From: a virus
Length of the DNA: 64,000 bases
Strand: one strand, 5' to 3'
IMG/VR virus record: IMGVR_UViG_3300034685_000230
Span: 25,472-89,471 of that record
The notes beneath the pieces were generated by a model. That model saw only the letters and a program-made list of their open reading frames with translations. It was not told the origin of the DNA and ran no database searches. Shown here in pieces: positions 1 through 9,665 of the stretch. The number at the start of each line of letters is the position of its first letter. The first letter of the stretch is position 1. The position numbers and the translations under genes are program-made.

Positions 1-30
1 AGAGATAACCGTGAACTGAGGTGCTGTGAG

Positions 31-267
31 ATGGATCTAAACGAGTTTATGAAGAAGTCCCTGAGTCTAGTTGACCCAGTCGACCTTGAGAGGGAGTTCA
101 GCGACACGGAGATGAAGTACGCTTCTAAGATCGCTAAAAAGGACATGGAGATAAGCGACTTAGACCGGAAGATAGCTAGCGTAAATAGAAGAACAAGCGA
201 CATAAAAGCAAACATTAACACGTTAAAAAGTAACTTAAAATTAATAAGCGACGCTTTAGAAGACTAA
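31..267 (+). CDS. small coiled-coil hypothetical protein (head module)
   Basis: 78-aa ORF with GAGG RBS, directly upstream of the scaffold gene. Confidence 0.6.
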   Translation: MDLNEFMKKSLSLVDPVDLEREFSDTEMKYASKIAKKDMEISDLDRKIASVNRRTSDIKANINTLKSNLKLISDALED

Positions 268-290
268 GTTGCGAAGGTGGGAAATCAAGC

Positions 291-1454
291 ATGCACATAG
301 ACAAGGACCTCGTACAGAAGGCTGTCGACGAAGCCTTTGAGAAGATCATAAAGGAAAACGAGAGTTACGACGACAGCGAGGTAATATACTCCGACGAGCC
401 TAAGCCGGAGTTGAAAGAGATGCCCGAAGAGGATAAAGTAGAGGAAGAGGAAAACGTAGAAGACAGGGTGGAGGAAGAGGTTGAGGAAGCCATCGGTGAA
501 AACTCAGACTTTAACTTTCTCGGCTTAGACATCAGTATTGAGAAGACCGAGAACGGTAAGTTCAACGTTAAGATAACGAAGGCCGACAAGGAGAAAGTTG
601 AGGTACTAGACGTGGCTGACCTTCCGAACATCCTCGGCTTGATAGAGGACTTCTTCAACGAGTTAGTCTTAGAAGACACAAAGAGCGGTGAGGGTGAGGA
701 AGACGAAGCGGAGAGTGACGAGGAGATCTCCGAGTTAAACGAGGAAGACGACTCCGACGAGGACGAGCCTGTTGAGCAAGAGTTTGAAGACGAGCTAACC
801 GAAGGCTACCGAGCTTCAGGCTACCACACCTCGCTAGCCTCACTGCGAAGAAAATATGGGAGTAGGGTAGAGGAGATTCTAGAGCACGGGTTGCTGGCTA
901 AGGAGTTAGCGCTGGAGATGGTTAAGGGTAACTTAGTTAAGGGCACAGTTAAGGAGCTAGTCGACACAGTCAGGGAGAAGGACGCTCTGATCGCCGCTAA
1001 GAAAACCGATCTGCGGAAGTCAAGCGTTAGGTACCTCTACGCGAAGAAGATGGAGAGTAGCCTGAAGAAAGCCAGCGCCGTGCTGGGGTCGGCGATCGTT
1101 GACTTGAGCAAGCAAGTAAACAGCAGGCGGGTGTCGCCTGAGTTGGCGCGGAAGGCTGTGAAGAGGTACAAGTCTATCATAGCCGCGATCGTCAACGCTA
1201 ACAGTCCTAAGACCGTACTGGCTGCTACCGCCGCGGTGGGTAAGGTACGAAACGCTGTTTTAGCAAATGTTAACAAAAGTAAAATTAAACCCGACAGGAG
1301 TAGGAGTGTTAACACTGAGTTTAGGCCGAGAAATGTACTGAACAGGACTGGAAAGACTGCCAACTCGACTCTACTCTCCGGTAGGCGATATGACGGAATC
1401 GACGAGATGAGCGCTGAGATCCTGCGGATTGCAGGCATCACTGGTAACAGTTAG
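291..1454 (+). CDS. prohead core/scaffold protein
   Basis: Very acidic N-half, basic helical C-half, C-terminal EILRIAGI resembling T4-like core proteins; lies immediately before the capsid gene. Confidence 0.7.
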   Translation: MHIDKDLVQKAVDEAFEKIIKENESYDDSEVIYSDEPKPELKEMPEEDKVEEEENVEDRVEEEVEEAIGENSDFNFLGLDISIEKTENGKFNVKITKADKEKVEVLDVADLPNILGLIEDFFNELVLEDTKSGEGEEDEAESDEEISELNEEDDSDEDEPVEQEFEDELTEGYRASGYHTSLASLRRKYGSRVEEILEHGLLAKELALEMVKGNLVKGTVKELVDTVREKDALIAAKKTDLRKSSVRYLYAKKMESSLKKASAVLGSAIVDLSKQVNSRRVSPELARKAVKRYKSIIAAIVNANSPKTVLAATAAVGKVRNAVLANVNKSKIKPDRSRSVNTEFRPRNVLNRTGKTANSTLLSGRRYDGIDEMSAEILRIAGITGNS

Positions 1455-1504
1455 CTTACCAACATTTTAAACTAAACTACATAAACAAGGAGTGTAACGC
1501 AACT

Positions 1505-4500
1505 ATGGACAGAAAAGACTACACGGCTCTCCTGTCAGAGAGAGTCTGGCCCAGGGTTGAGAGACAGCTTTTGGGTGGAATCGCTGACAGGGGGCTTCAG
1601 AGAAACTTGAAAACTGTTCTCGCTAACACGAGAAACGCGCTTTTGGCTGACACGTCAATGCAGAACATGGTATACCTCAGTGTGGGGTCATTTTAGCGAG
1701 AGCTAAAATAGCAAATCGGGTGAATTGCTGGGACTCTTTAGAGCCTCTAGTGCTACAGCGTAGTCGGTAACGACAAGCGCGAAAGCTCTAAAAAACTTAG
1801 AGGATTAGGGAATCAGCAGCCGAGCAGCCAGTACACTGGTTGAAGGTCCAGAGACTACCGGAGAGATGCTCTTAGTTCTTAAGAGCGAGTTCTCTTAATA
1901 ACCGGCTAGAGCGCCCGACCCTTAGTTATAAAGCTAAGGTGAAGATATAGTCCATCCCACAGCGAAAGCTGCGGACAAGATGCCCGAAAATTGTACTACC
2001 GTTAGTTAGACGTCTCAACGTAGGGACCGCTGTAGGGTAACCTACAGTTGCAAATTCGGTGAATTGCTGGGAGCCTTTAGAGCCCTCGGTGCTACAGCGT
2101 AGCTGGCAACGGCAGGCGCGAACGCTCTAAAAAACCGTAGGGATTAGGTAATCAGCAGCCAAGCTCCCGAAAGCGCAAGATAGTAGGGAGAAGGTTCAGA
2201 GACTAGAGGTTGAGCCAGCGCAGGCAATAACACCTCCTCGAGCGCCGAATAACTAAAGCAGTATAGCTTTAGTTAATGATATAGTCCACTCTAGGGTGAA
2301 AGCCTTAGGTAGAGTGCTTTCCAAAACTGATTGCGAATCAGATTATCTCGGTTCAGCCGCTCAACGGACCAACGGGTTATTAATCTAGCTCGTTTAAAAT
2401 CGGGTGAATTGCTGGGAGTTCCTAAAGCTCTTAGTACTACAGAGTAGCCGGAAACGGCAAGCTCGAAAGTTTGAAAAACTAAGAGATGCAACAATGGATA
2501 ACCAGCAGCCAAGCTCCTGAAGGTACATTAAGAGTATGGAGAAGGTTCAGAGACTAGAGGTTGAGCTAGTACAAGCAATAACACCTCCTAGAGCGCCCGA
2601 CAAGTATTGAGTACCTTGACAATTAAATAATACTATAGATTATATAATAATTAATATAAAAAATATTAATATATTATGGGACAGGTGCTGATCACACTTG
2701 ATAAATTTAACCCTCATTTATCTTACCATAATATATTCAATAAAAAGAGGGTTAATTATGATTCAATGTCCAATATGTAAAAAATATTTTAAGCATATTA
2801 ATAACATGCATTTAAAAAAACATAATTTAACTACTGAACAATTTAAATCATTATATCCTAATTATAATACATGTTCTAAAGAATTTAGTGAAAAACGATC
2901 GGCTGCTAATAAAATACAAATGTTAAAAATTCATAAAAAAAATCCAAAAGAAAGATATGTTAATGTTGGTATTGGTCGAAAAAAAGCTTGGGATAATTGT
3001 TCAGAAGAAAGACGAAAAGAGATAGGGTTAAAAGCTACTGAATGTTGGAGAAAATATGATTTAAATGAAGAAAATAAACGAAAAAAATATAAAAAAGTTT
3101 CTAAATCTCTTAAAAAATATTATAAAAATTTAGATCCAAAAGAAAAAGAAAAAATATTGAAAAATAGTTTATTTAAAATTAGAAAACATGGTGGAGCTAA
3201 AATAGAAACTAATATTAACGGAAAAATAATTAAATTTCGATCAATACCAGAAATTTGGATAGCAGAGTTTTTAGAACAAAGTGGTTTTAGTTGGGAATAT
3301 GAAACTTTAAAAATTGATTATTTAGACAAAAATAATAATATGCATATATATATTCCTGATTTTTATATAAAAGATTATAATTTAGTTTTAGAATTTAAAG
3401 GTAAAAATTTTCTTGAAGAAGATATTGAAATATATAAAAAATACTATACAGAAAAAGCCGGATTTAATTATATTTTATTAATGTATCAAGAAAAATATTT
3501 ATTATTAAAAGAATTAAAAAAGATTTTTAATCTATAGTATTATTTAATTATTAGGTACTCAATACTTGAAGATATAGTCCGTTCCGTAGTGAAAGCTACG
3601 GAGTAAAACGTGGATTCGGTTCCTTGACGCATTTGTTGAACACATTAATCCAGCTACTGGCAACGTAAACATCTACCCCTGGTCTCAGGGTGACAGCACG
3701 TACTCTACACCGCAGAATGATTTAACGGTTGAAATTTCAGCTGATGGTACTGACACAAACTATACTGGAGTACTAAAAGACAGCGATAATAATATACTGG
3801 TACCGTCGGAGGGAACGCTCTTTGTGGAGATTGAAAGTTCCTCCGGTACGTGGACGAAGATAGCCGAGGCTGACAGGAGTGGAGTGCTTCACTCTCTGAG
3901 TTCCGCCTATAAAGTTATAGGTGTCGTTGACCCTAAAACACAAGAGTTTGTCGTTAACGTTACAGACTCAGCCGGCACCGTAGTCGGAAAAGCGCTTCGC
4001 TTTGCCTTTAAGGAAGACATTCAGAAGAACATCCCGTTCGGCGACGGTAAGACCTACAACACGATGCGGTTTGAGATCACCAAGATCGCCGTCGAGGCTA
4101 AGACCCGTAAGCTGGGTGCCACGTACAGCTTCGAGCTCATGGAAGACTACAAGAACGAGTTCGGTGAGAACTTCGAGGACAAGATGGTCGACTACCTAAC
4201 CACGACTATTCTGACGGAGGTCGACAGTGAGGTAATCGACACGCTGTTCAGTAAGGCTACCGTAAGCGGTTCTTGGGACGCCACGATGCCGATGACGTGG
4301 ACTCGCGGTATCAACCAGTGGTACGAGACGGTGCTGCCGAAGATAAACAAGCTGAGCAACTACATCTACCAGGCAACCCACGTCTCCGGAGCAACGTTCC
4401 TGGTCTGCAGCCCCGTTACGGCTACCATCTTCCAGAGCCTGATGCAGTTCAGCGGTAACGGTACGCCGACCGACCAGATGAACGTCGGTACCGTCAACAT

Positions 4501-4747
4501 CGGTACGCTCAGCGGCGTGTACAAGGTGTTTACGTCGCCGCTCTGCCCCGACAACAAGGTTCTGCTTGGGTTTAAGGGAAGCAAGCCTGAGGACACCGGA
4601 GCGGTGTACGCTCCGTACGTTCCGGTACAGCTCCACCCAATCTACTACTCCGAAGGCATGCCCTCGGTCATGGCCAGGACCCGTTACTGGCTGGGTGTAC
4701 TGCGGCCCGACTACTACGGGGTACTCAACATCAACGGCACCATTTAG
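1505..4747 (+). CDS. major capsid protein (T4 gp23-like), join(1505..1677,1983..2015,2317..2377,3611..4747), 467 aa
   Basis: Spliced exons read ...NMVYL-PKIVLPLVRRL-FPKLIANQIISVQPLNGPTG-WIRFLD..., matching the gp23 VRR..PxLIA...VQPxxGPTG motif; C-terminal AKTRKL and YAPYVP motifs; 1404 nt in frame. Confidence 0.93.
1678..1982 (+). ncRNA. group I intron 1 in capsid gene (305 nt, no ORF)
   Basis: Exon ends in U; P1 acct|ca pairs with tggggt; core elements GAATTGCTGGGA, AATCAGCAGCC, CCAGAGACTA, GAAGATATAGTCC; terminal G at 1982. Confidence 0.92.
2016..2316 (+). ncRNA. group I intron 2 in capsid gene (301 nt, no ORF)
   Basis: P1 gtct|c pairs with gggac (U-G at the splice site); core GAATTGCTGGGA, AATCAGCAGCC, GTTCAGAGACTA, GATATAGTCC; terminal G at 2316. 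Confidence 0.92.
2378..3610 (+). mobile_element. group I intron 3 in capsid gene (1233 nt) carrying an endonuclease ORF in the P8 loop
   Basis: P1 acgggt|ta pairs with tagctcgt; same core motifs; 16-bp stem caagtattgagtacct...aggtactcaatacttg brackets the ORF; GAAGATATAGTCC; terminal G at 3610. Confidence 0.92.
2758..3537 (+). CDS. intron-encoded homing endonuclease (Zn finger, basic linker, PD-(D/E)xK domain)
   Basis: AT-rich; CPIC...HLKKH finger; C-terminal YIPDFY...LEFKG; ATG at 2758 after an AAGAGGG RBS. Confidence 0.8.
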   Translation: MIQCPICKKYFKHINNMHLKKHNLTTEQFKSLYPNYNTCSKEFSEKRSAANKIQMLKIHKKNPKERYVNVGIGRKKAWDNCSEERRKEIGLKATECWRKYDLNEENKRKKYKKVSKSLKKYYKNLDPKEKEKILKNSLFKIRKHGGAKIETNINGKIIKFRSIPEIWIAEFLEQSGFSWEYETLKIDYLDKNNNMHIYIPDFYIKDYNLVLEFKGKNFLEEDIEIYKKYYTEKAGFNYILLMYQEKYLLLKELKKIFNL

Positions 4748-4782
4748 TAAGATTAGTAAGTAGTAAGTAAGCAACACTAGAA

Positions 4783-4818
4783 AGAGGGGGAGACTACGTA
4801 GTCTTCCTCTCTTTTTTT
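4783..4818 (+). terminator. rho-independent terminator after capsid gene
   Basis: agagggggagact-acgt-agtcttcctctct stem followed by a T run. Confidence 0.8.
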
Positions 4819-4873
4819 ATGCACTAGTGTAAAAGATAAATTAAACATATAGATTAACTAATCATAATTCGTA

Positions 4874-5944
4874 GTGCTGGAAGGGATATGCAGCGTGAGA
4901 GATACTCAGTCTGGTTTAAACCTTATAAACTACATTCTTGCCGCTACGGCTAAGACTGAGTCAGGAGATATCTTAGACAAGCATAGGATTAAGCATACTC
5001 CGTTAACTAAGGATGAGTTGACGGAGTTGTTAAGAACTGACTACTCATCCGCTTATAAAAAGTTTTTAGAAAATAAAATTATGTTTCGCGGCGTTAACGA
5101 CAGTACAAGGTACTTTATCGGACGGTACGGCTTACTAAAACCTGGGCTTAGAGTTTCGCAGTACGCGCGGTACAACTTGTATACTAGGCTGTTCTCAGAC
5201 ATCCTGCCGTCGTGGAAAGGTTACCCGCCGAGAAACCGGTCGTTTATATGCTCAACCAGCACTAGCTACGCAGCGCAGTTCGCGTCTAGTGAGTCTGGTG
5301 GACCACCGACAATGGCTAACGTATACGCTGTTCTACCAAAAAACGGAGCGGTTATCGGAGTGTGTCCAGATGTAGACCTTTGGTGGTCGTTTGAAACTTT
5401 AGTAAAAAAAGGTTTAGGCTTAGAAGACTTTCAACACCTGTTACTGGGTGTTATTGAGTTTATCGGCATGCAGTTAGATGAAGTTACTTCTGCTAAGACG
5501 GGGGTAAAGAGTACCGAGTTTTCTAAGATATGGCTAGACCTAGACAAAGCCGCTAAGTACGAAAGCGCCGCTAGTATAGTTGCGGTGTTTAACACTTTGT
5601 CTGAAAAGCTTAAAATATACATTGACGATGTTCTTAAAGAGACTAAGAGAAAGTATCCGATTAAGAATGTATACAGCTTTGAGACATACACGGCTAATAT
5701 TGCCGAGGAGATGCTAGAGGAGATGAAAAGACGCGGTACTACCGACATTCTTGAAATTTTAGACGATATTTTTAACCCTAAGACAAACGGCATTAAGAAA
5801 GTAACTATAGAGCAGTACGGCGAGCGGTCGCATATAACTACTAAAACCGACACCAAACACAGCGGAAAGGAAGTCTGGACTGACTCCGAGTGTCTGTTTA
5901 TAAACAAGCGACACTTAAAGTTGTTAAAACAAATAGACTTATAA
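4874..5944 (+). CDS. putative ADP-ribosyltransferase-fold protein (possible virion-packaged effector)
   Basis: R-S-E style motifs MFRG, ICSTS and KEVW; assignment by motif only. Confidence 0.45.
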   Translation: MLEGICSVRDTQSGLNLINYILAATAKTESGDILDKHRIKHTPLTKDELTELLRTDYSSAYKKFLENKIMFRGVNDSTRYFIGRYGLLKPGLRVSQYARYNLYTRLFSDILPSWKGYPPRNRSFICSTSTSYAAQFASSESGGPPTMANVYAVLPKNGAVIGVCPDVDLWWSFETLVKKGLGLEDFQHLLLGVIEFIGMQLDEVTSAKTGVKSTEFSKIWLDLDKAAKYESAASIVAVFNTLSEKLKIYIDDVLKETKRKYPIKNVYSFETYTANIAEEMLEEMKRRGTTDILEILDDIFNPKTNGIKKVTIEQYGERSHITTKTDTKHSGKEVWTDSECLFINKRHLKLLKQIDL

Positions 5945-5947
5945 GGT

Positions 5948-7462
5948 GTGTATACTACGATGGACGGTAAAAACGTATTAGGCAACATTAACATATTACT
6001 AGCAAAACTTAAGCCCTCGCAGTACCGAAAGTACTGGAAGATATGGAACGAGCGCTTTAGGGCTAGGTACAGTGATGTTTTCGATAACAAGTACCGGATA
6101 TACTTAGACTACCCGGAAGACGCCGGTGAGTCAATAACTGACGCCAAGTCTGCCAAAAACATAAAGCGTATTAACATAATACTACACGACTGTCCGTACA
6201 CGAAAGACTATGTAGTAAGGGGTGCAAGCGACTACCTCGAGGGCTACGCTTACAAGAGTAACGGTTTAGAAAAAGTTAAGATCGGCAAGCTCTTAAGTAA
6301 AGCGCTAGACTACTTTAAGAAAGAAAATATACCGCCGGAGCTGTATGATTTCGACGAAGCACTTCGCGTGTTTAACACTAGGGCTAGCCTTAAGCAGTTG
6401 AGTAAACCGAAGCTAGTCTGTATATCAAGACACCCCTACGACATTGCCGGGATGAGTACCGACCGACGGTGGAAGTCTTGCATGCGCTTAGAGGACAAGG
6501 AGAAGTTTACCGCCGCCGGGCAGTACAGCGAGTACATTGAGAGTGATATTCGGGAGGGCACTCTTGTTGCCTACTTAATATACGCCGACGACAGAAACAT
6601 CAACGACCCACTAGCAAGAATCCTCATCAAGCCGTACATCAACGTCAACGACTCTTCAGACATTCTGCTCGTACCGGAGCCGACTATCTACTCGGACGAC
6701 TCACTGAACCCGGCCTCGTACCGTAAGTTTAGGGAAGTAGTAAACAACTGGCTCGAGTCATTCCAGGGAGAAAAGACCGGTACCTACATGTTTAACCCAG
6801 AGTTGTACCGCGACAAGAGTCCGGAAGCTGTGACTAAGGTAGGTAAGGATAAGGTAAAGAGAATAGAGGACAACATTACAGTCGACGGTAACAGCTGGAT
6901 CTCGTCAGTACGTGATATAGCGTCAATGTTCCCCTGGCTAGCGGAGGGAAAGTTTGAAAACCTACTAGTATACGTTGACAAGCACGAGCCTGACCGACTA
7001 GTCATAAGGCGCGGTACTTGGAAGAGCGGGGTTGTAGTCGACGCCGTTTTAGAAAAGGACGTCGTTGTCGAGGGTGGGATACTGTACAGCTGCGTCTTTC
7101 GTGGAGTCTTCAAGGACGGTGTGTTCTACATGGGATCATTCTACGGTACGTTTGAGAACGGAATCTGGCTAGACGGCGTTTTTAGCAACAGCGCGGTGTG
7201 GAGGGACGGAGTTTGGTACAGAGGGTACTTTGACGGGCGTCTAAGGAACGGTGCGGTTGACATCTTTCCAAAGACACTACTCAACCCCAACATCGTAAAG
7301 GAAATTATCTCTAACTGCAAGAGTGAGGAAGAGTTCGAGTCTAAGTACAAAAAGCGCGAGATAGAGTTCTTTAAAACAAGGGAAAACGTTGAGAGACACC
7401 TGAGGATCCTTAAGGCTTACGAGAGTAAAGTGAAAAAAGCGGTAAAAGACTACTGGCGTTAA
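5948..7462 (+). CDS. hypothetical large-phage protein with C-terminal GxW/F 5-residue repeats
   Basis: SRHPYDIAGMST..WKSCM motif; repeats GVFKD GVFYM GSFYG GIWLD GVWYR. Confidence 0.6.
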   Translation: MYTTMDGKNVLGNINILLAKLKPSQYRKYWKIWNERFRARYSDVFDNKYRIYLDYPEDAGESITDAKSAKNIKRINIILHDCPYTKDYVVRGASDYLEGYAYKSNGLEKVKIGKLLSKALDYFKKENIPPELYDFDEALRVFNTRASLKQLSKPKLVCISRHPYDIAGMSTDRRWKSCMRLEDKEKFTAAGQYSEYIESDIREGTLVAYLIYADDRNINDPLARILIKPYINVNDSSDILLVPEPTIYSDDSLNPASYRKFREVVNNWLESFQGEKTGTYMFNPELYRDKSPEAVTKVGKDKVKRIEDNITVDGNSWISSVRDIASMFPWLAEGKFENLLVYVDKHEPDRLVIRRGTWKSGVVVDAVLEKDVVVEGGILYSCVFRGVFKDGVFYMGSFYGTFENGIWLDGVFSNSAVWRDGVWYRGYFDGRLRNGAVDIFPKTLLNPNIVKEIISNCKSEEEFESKYKKREIEFFKTRENVERHLRILKAYESKVKKAVKDYWR

Positions 7463-7524
7463 GAGCTAAGCTTTGCAATTTCAAAATTAAAATAAGACTA
7501 GAAAATAAAAAGGGGAATGCTCGC

Positions 7525-7755
7525 ATGGTTAGCGTTAAGTTAGACGACGCGCTGTATCTAAAACCTAACCTTACCTTAAAGTTAGACGGTAAGTTTATAA
7601 TCATATTTAATGACGGAGTAGAGGTTAAGAGGGAAGAGTACGCCGACGCGACTGCAGCGACGAATAAGTTTAACGGCATTATTACGGCTATAAATACTGC
7701 GGTGTCACCGACTACATCAAACATGTTGTTTTTGGACTTAGACACTCTGCTATAA
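7525..7755 (+). CDS. hypothetical protein
   Basis: 76-aa ORF with AGGGG RBS. Confidence 0.6.
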   Translation: MVSVKLDDALYLKPNLTLKLDGKFIIIFNDGVEVKREEYADATAATNKFNGIITAINTAVSPTTSNMLFLDLDTLL

Positions 7756-7800
7756 ATTTCATGATAGACTTAATATATTACAAAAAGGTGGTATAAAGAC

Positions 7801-8712
7801 ATGTTTCAACCAGTTAACTTAGCGATAGACAGTAGCGGTAGACTCTTTGTCACCGACTTCGGTGACAACACGGTCAAGGTGTTTGACAATCCAAGTGACC
7901 TAGAGACACCCAGTATCGTGCTGACAGGGTTTAACTTCAACGAGAAGACCTTCTCTTTTCCAGACGTTGTCATAAAACCTAAAGTAACAGAAGAGATAGA
8001 AGGAGAGCCAGTAGTTACACAGCCTGAAACTCTGTTTGTTTCAGACCCGTTTAACCACGCTGTCAAGGTGTACAGCATCGGTGAAGACGGTCTAGAGTTG
8101 GTAGCTACCCTGGGTGGCTTCGGTTCGGGAGACGCACAGTTTAGCCAGCCGGGAGGGCTAGCCCTCAACGAGGACGGAACGGAGCTACATGTTGTCGACA
8201 CGATGAACCACAGGATCTCGGTGTGGTCAGCCGAAACGCCCTTTGCATACATTGCAAGCTACGGTGGCCCGGGTCACGGTGACGATAGCGGGTTGTACTA
8301 CCCGACGGACATACTACACGCTGGTGCCGGGGTTATGTACGTTGCCGACTGCGGGCACAACAGGGTAGTCAGCTTTAAGAACGACGGGACCGCGTCGATT
8401 CCCTACGTAGTCAAGAAGTTAGACGAGTACGTTGGGCACAGCTTGAGCCCAAGCGGAGTCTTGACTCTAACTACAAACACGTTTCCGGTAATCAGCTTGG
8501 TAGCTCACGGGACTAGTTTTTACCTGTCAGACCTATACGTTTCAAACATAGTTGAATTCGACAGTACTTGGGCACAAGACGGTACAGTTTTTCTTTCATA
8601 CGGTGACGGTACTGAAAAAGTTAAGTTTCCGAAGGGTATGCACGTAAGCGACGACACGCTGTATGTAGCGGATACGGCTTCAAGCGAAGTCGAAGCAATC
8701 TCACTAGTTTAG
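7801..8712 (+). CDS. NHL-repeat beta-propeller protein
   Basis: Repeats FQPVNLAIDSSGRLFVTD, FSQPGGLAL...VVDTMNHRI, YYPTDI...VADCGHNRV, FPKGMHV...YVADT. Confidence 0.85.
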   Translation: MFQPVNLAIDSSGRLFVTDFGDNTVKVFDNPSDLETPSIVLTGFNFNEKTFSFPDVVIKPKVTEEIEGEPVVTQPETLFVSDPFNHAVKVYSIGEDGLELVATLGGFGSGDAQFSQPGGLALNEDGTELHVVDTMNHRISVWSAETPFAYIASYGGPGHGDDSGLYYPTDILHAGAGVMYVADCGHNRVVSFKNDGTASIPYVVKKLDEYVGHSLSPSGVLTLTTNTFPVISLVAHGTSFYLSDLYVSNIVEFDSTWAQDGTVFLSYGDGTEKVKFPKGMHVSDDTLYVADTASSEVEAISLV

Positions 8713-8735
8713 CTTATTTTTATAAATACATAAGG

Positions 8736-8765
8736 GGAGAGGATTAAATCCTCTCCTTTTTTTTT
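8736..8765. terminator. terminator between convergent genes
   Basis: ggagaggat-taa-atcctctcc followed by a long T run. Confidence 0.8.
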
Positions 8766-8778
8766 ATGCTAACATACC

Positions 8779-9162
8779 TCAGTGGTAGTAGATCGGTGTG
8801 TTCGGGTAACTTACGATAACCCTATATAGTTTAATCTTCCCACCGTCTGGAAGCTCAGAAGCTTCTTCCGAAAGCTCTCCGCCGCAGTACTGCACGACTA
8901 CAGCCCTGTCTCCCACACTTAACTCTACAGTCTCACTACTACAGACTACACCGATGATACTAGCCAACCCCCTGTGCCTAACGTAGCTCTTGTATCCCGA
9001 CCGAACGTACATGTCCATAACGCTCTTAACGTTACCGCGGTCTAAGTTAAAGTAGTCCGTTATGTCGGCAACGTATACGTCGCAGGGAAAAGCGCTGTCC
9101 CTCAGCATGTCTAAGCTAAGCGTGTCGAGAATGTACTCTTCACTCATAAAAACCCCCCTCAC
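8779..9162 (-). CDS. DUF1874 / STIV B116 / AcrIII-1 ring-nuclease family homolog (likely start 9147)
   Basis: YILDTLSLDML, SYVRH, LSVGDRAVVVQY, LSE...LPDG pattern matches the DUF1874 layout (Y.xNAFS.xML, SxIGH, LxxGD..VxQ, RLxEG). Confidence 0.65.
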   Translation of the reverse strand: MRGVFMSEEYILDTLSLDMLRDSAFPCDVYVADITDYFNLDRGNVKSVMDMYVRSGYKSYVRHRGLASIIGVVCSSETVELSVGDRAVVVQYCGGELSEEASELPDGGKIKLYRVIVSYPNTPIYYH

Positions 9163-9623
9163 TGGATAATCTTAACCCTCCACCCCTTAGTCTCGGCATC
9201 GTACCACCAGAGTCTAACACTTCTTAAGTAGACTCGAAGCAAGCTGTAGCATATGCTACACGGGTGTGACGACAAAAGCCTGCGCGTTCCCCTTAAGACA
9301 ACTACGTCTGTGACACCGTCGGTTAACTCTTTTCTTAGCAGTTTGATCACGAGGTCTGCTTCGGCGTGAATTGACATGCACTTTAGATCGTGGTAAGTTT
9401 CCTTAAGAAAAGGATGTGTCTTCAGCTTGTTTTCACCGTACTCTACGAGTTTTGAACCGTCGAGAGCTACAGCTACGCAGCGAAGGCTTGAGTCAAAGCG
9501 TCGCGTGTTCTTTAAGTTGTGTTCTTTAGACATTGTGGCAATCTCGGGTAAGATAGAAGGGAGAGCTCCCTTAAATCTTTTCCCTACTTTAACGTAGCTT
9601 GAGTTTAACCCAACACTTTTCAT
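9159..9623 (-). CDS. zinc-dependent cytidine-deaminase-superfamily protein
   Basis: HAE and PCxxC motifs (SIHAEAD; SHPCSIC). Confidence 0.8.
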   Translation of the reverse strand: MKSVGLNSSYVKVGKRFKGALPSILPEIATMSKEHNLKNTRRFDSSLRCVAVALDGSKLVEYGENKLKTHPFLKETYHDLKCMSIHAEADLVIKLLRKELTDGVTDVVVLRGTRRLLSSHPCSICYSLLRVYLRSVRLWWYDAETKGWRVKIIQ

Positions 9624-9665
9624 ACCTTACTCCATCTCACTTTAACTCTATAAGTTAATTAAATT

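Noticed and set aside
1505-1696. 63-aa ORF and the 307-aa ORF at 3824 as separate genes
   Set aside because: They are exon 1 with intron read-through and part of exon 4 of the capsid gene.
2291-2512. 73-aa minus-strand ORF
   Set aside because: Antisense to exon 3 and intron cores; no RBS or motif.
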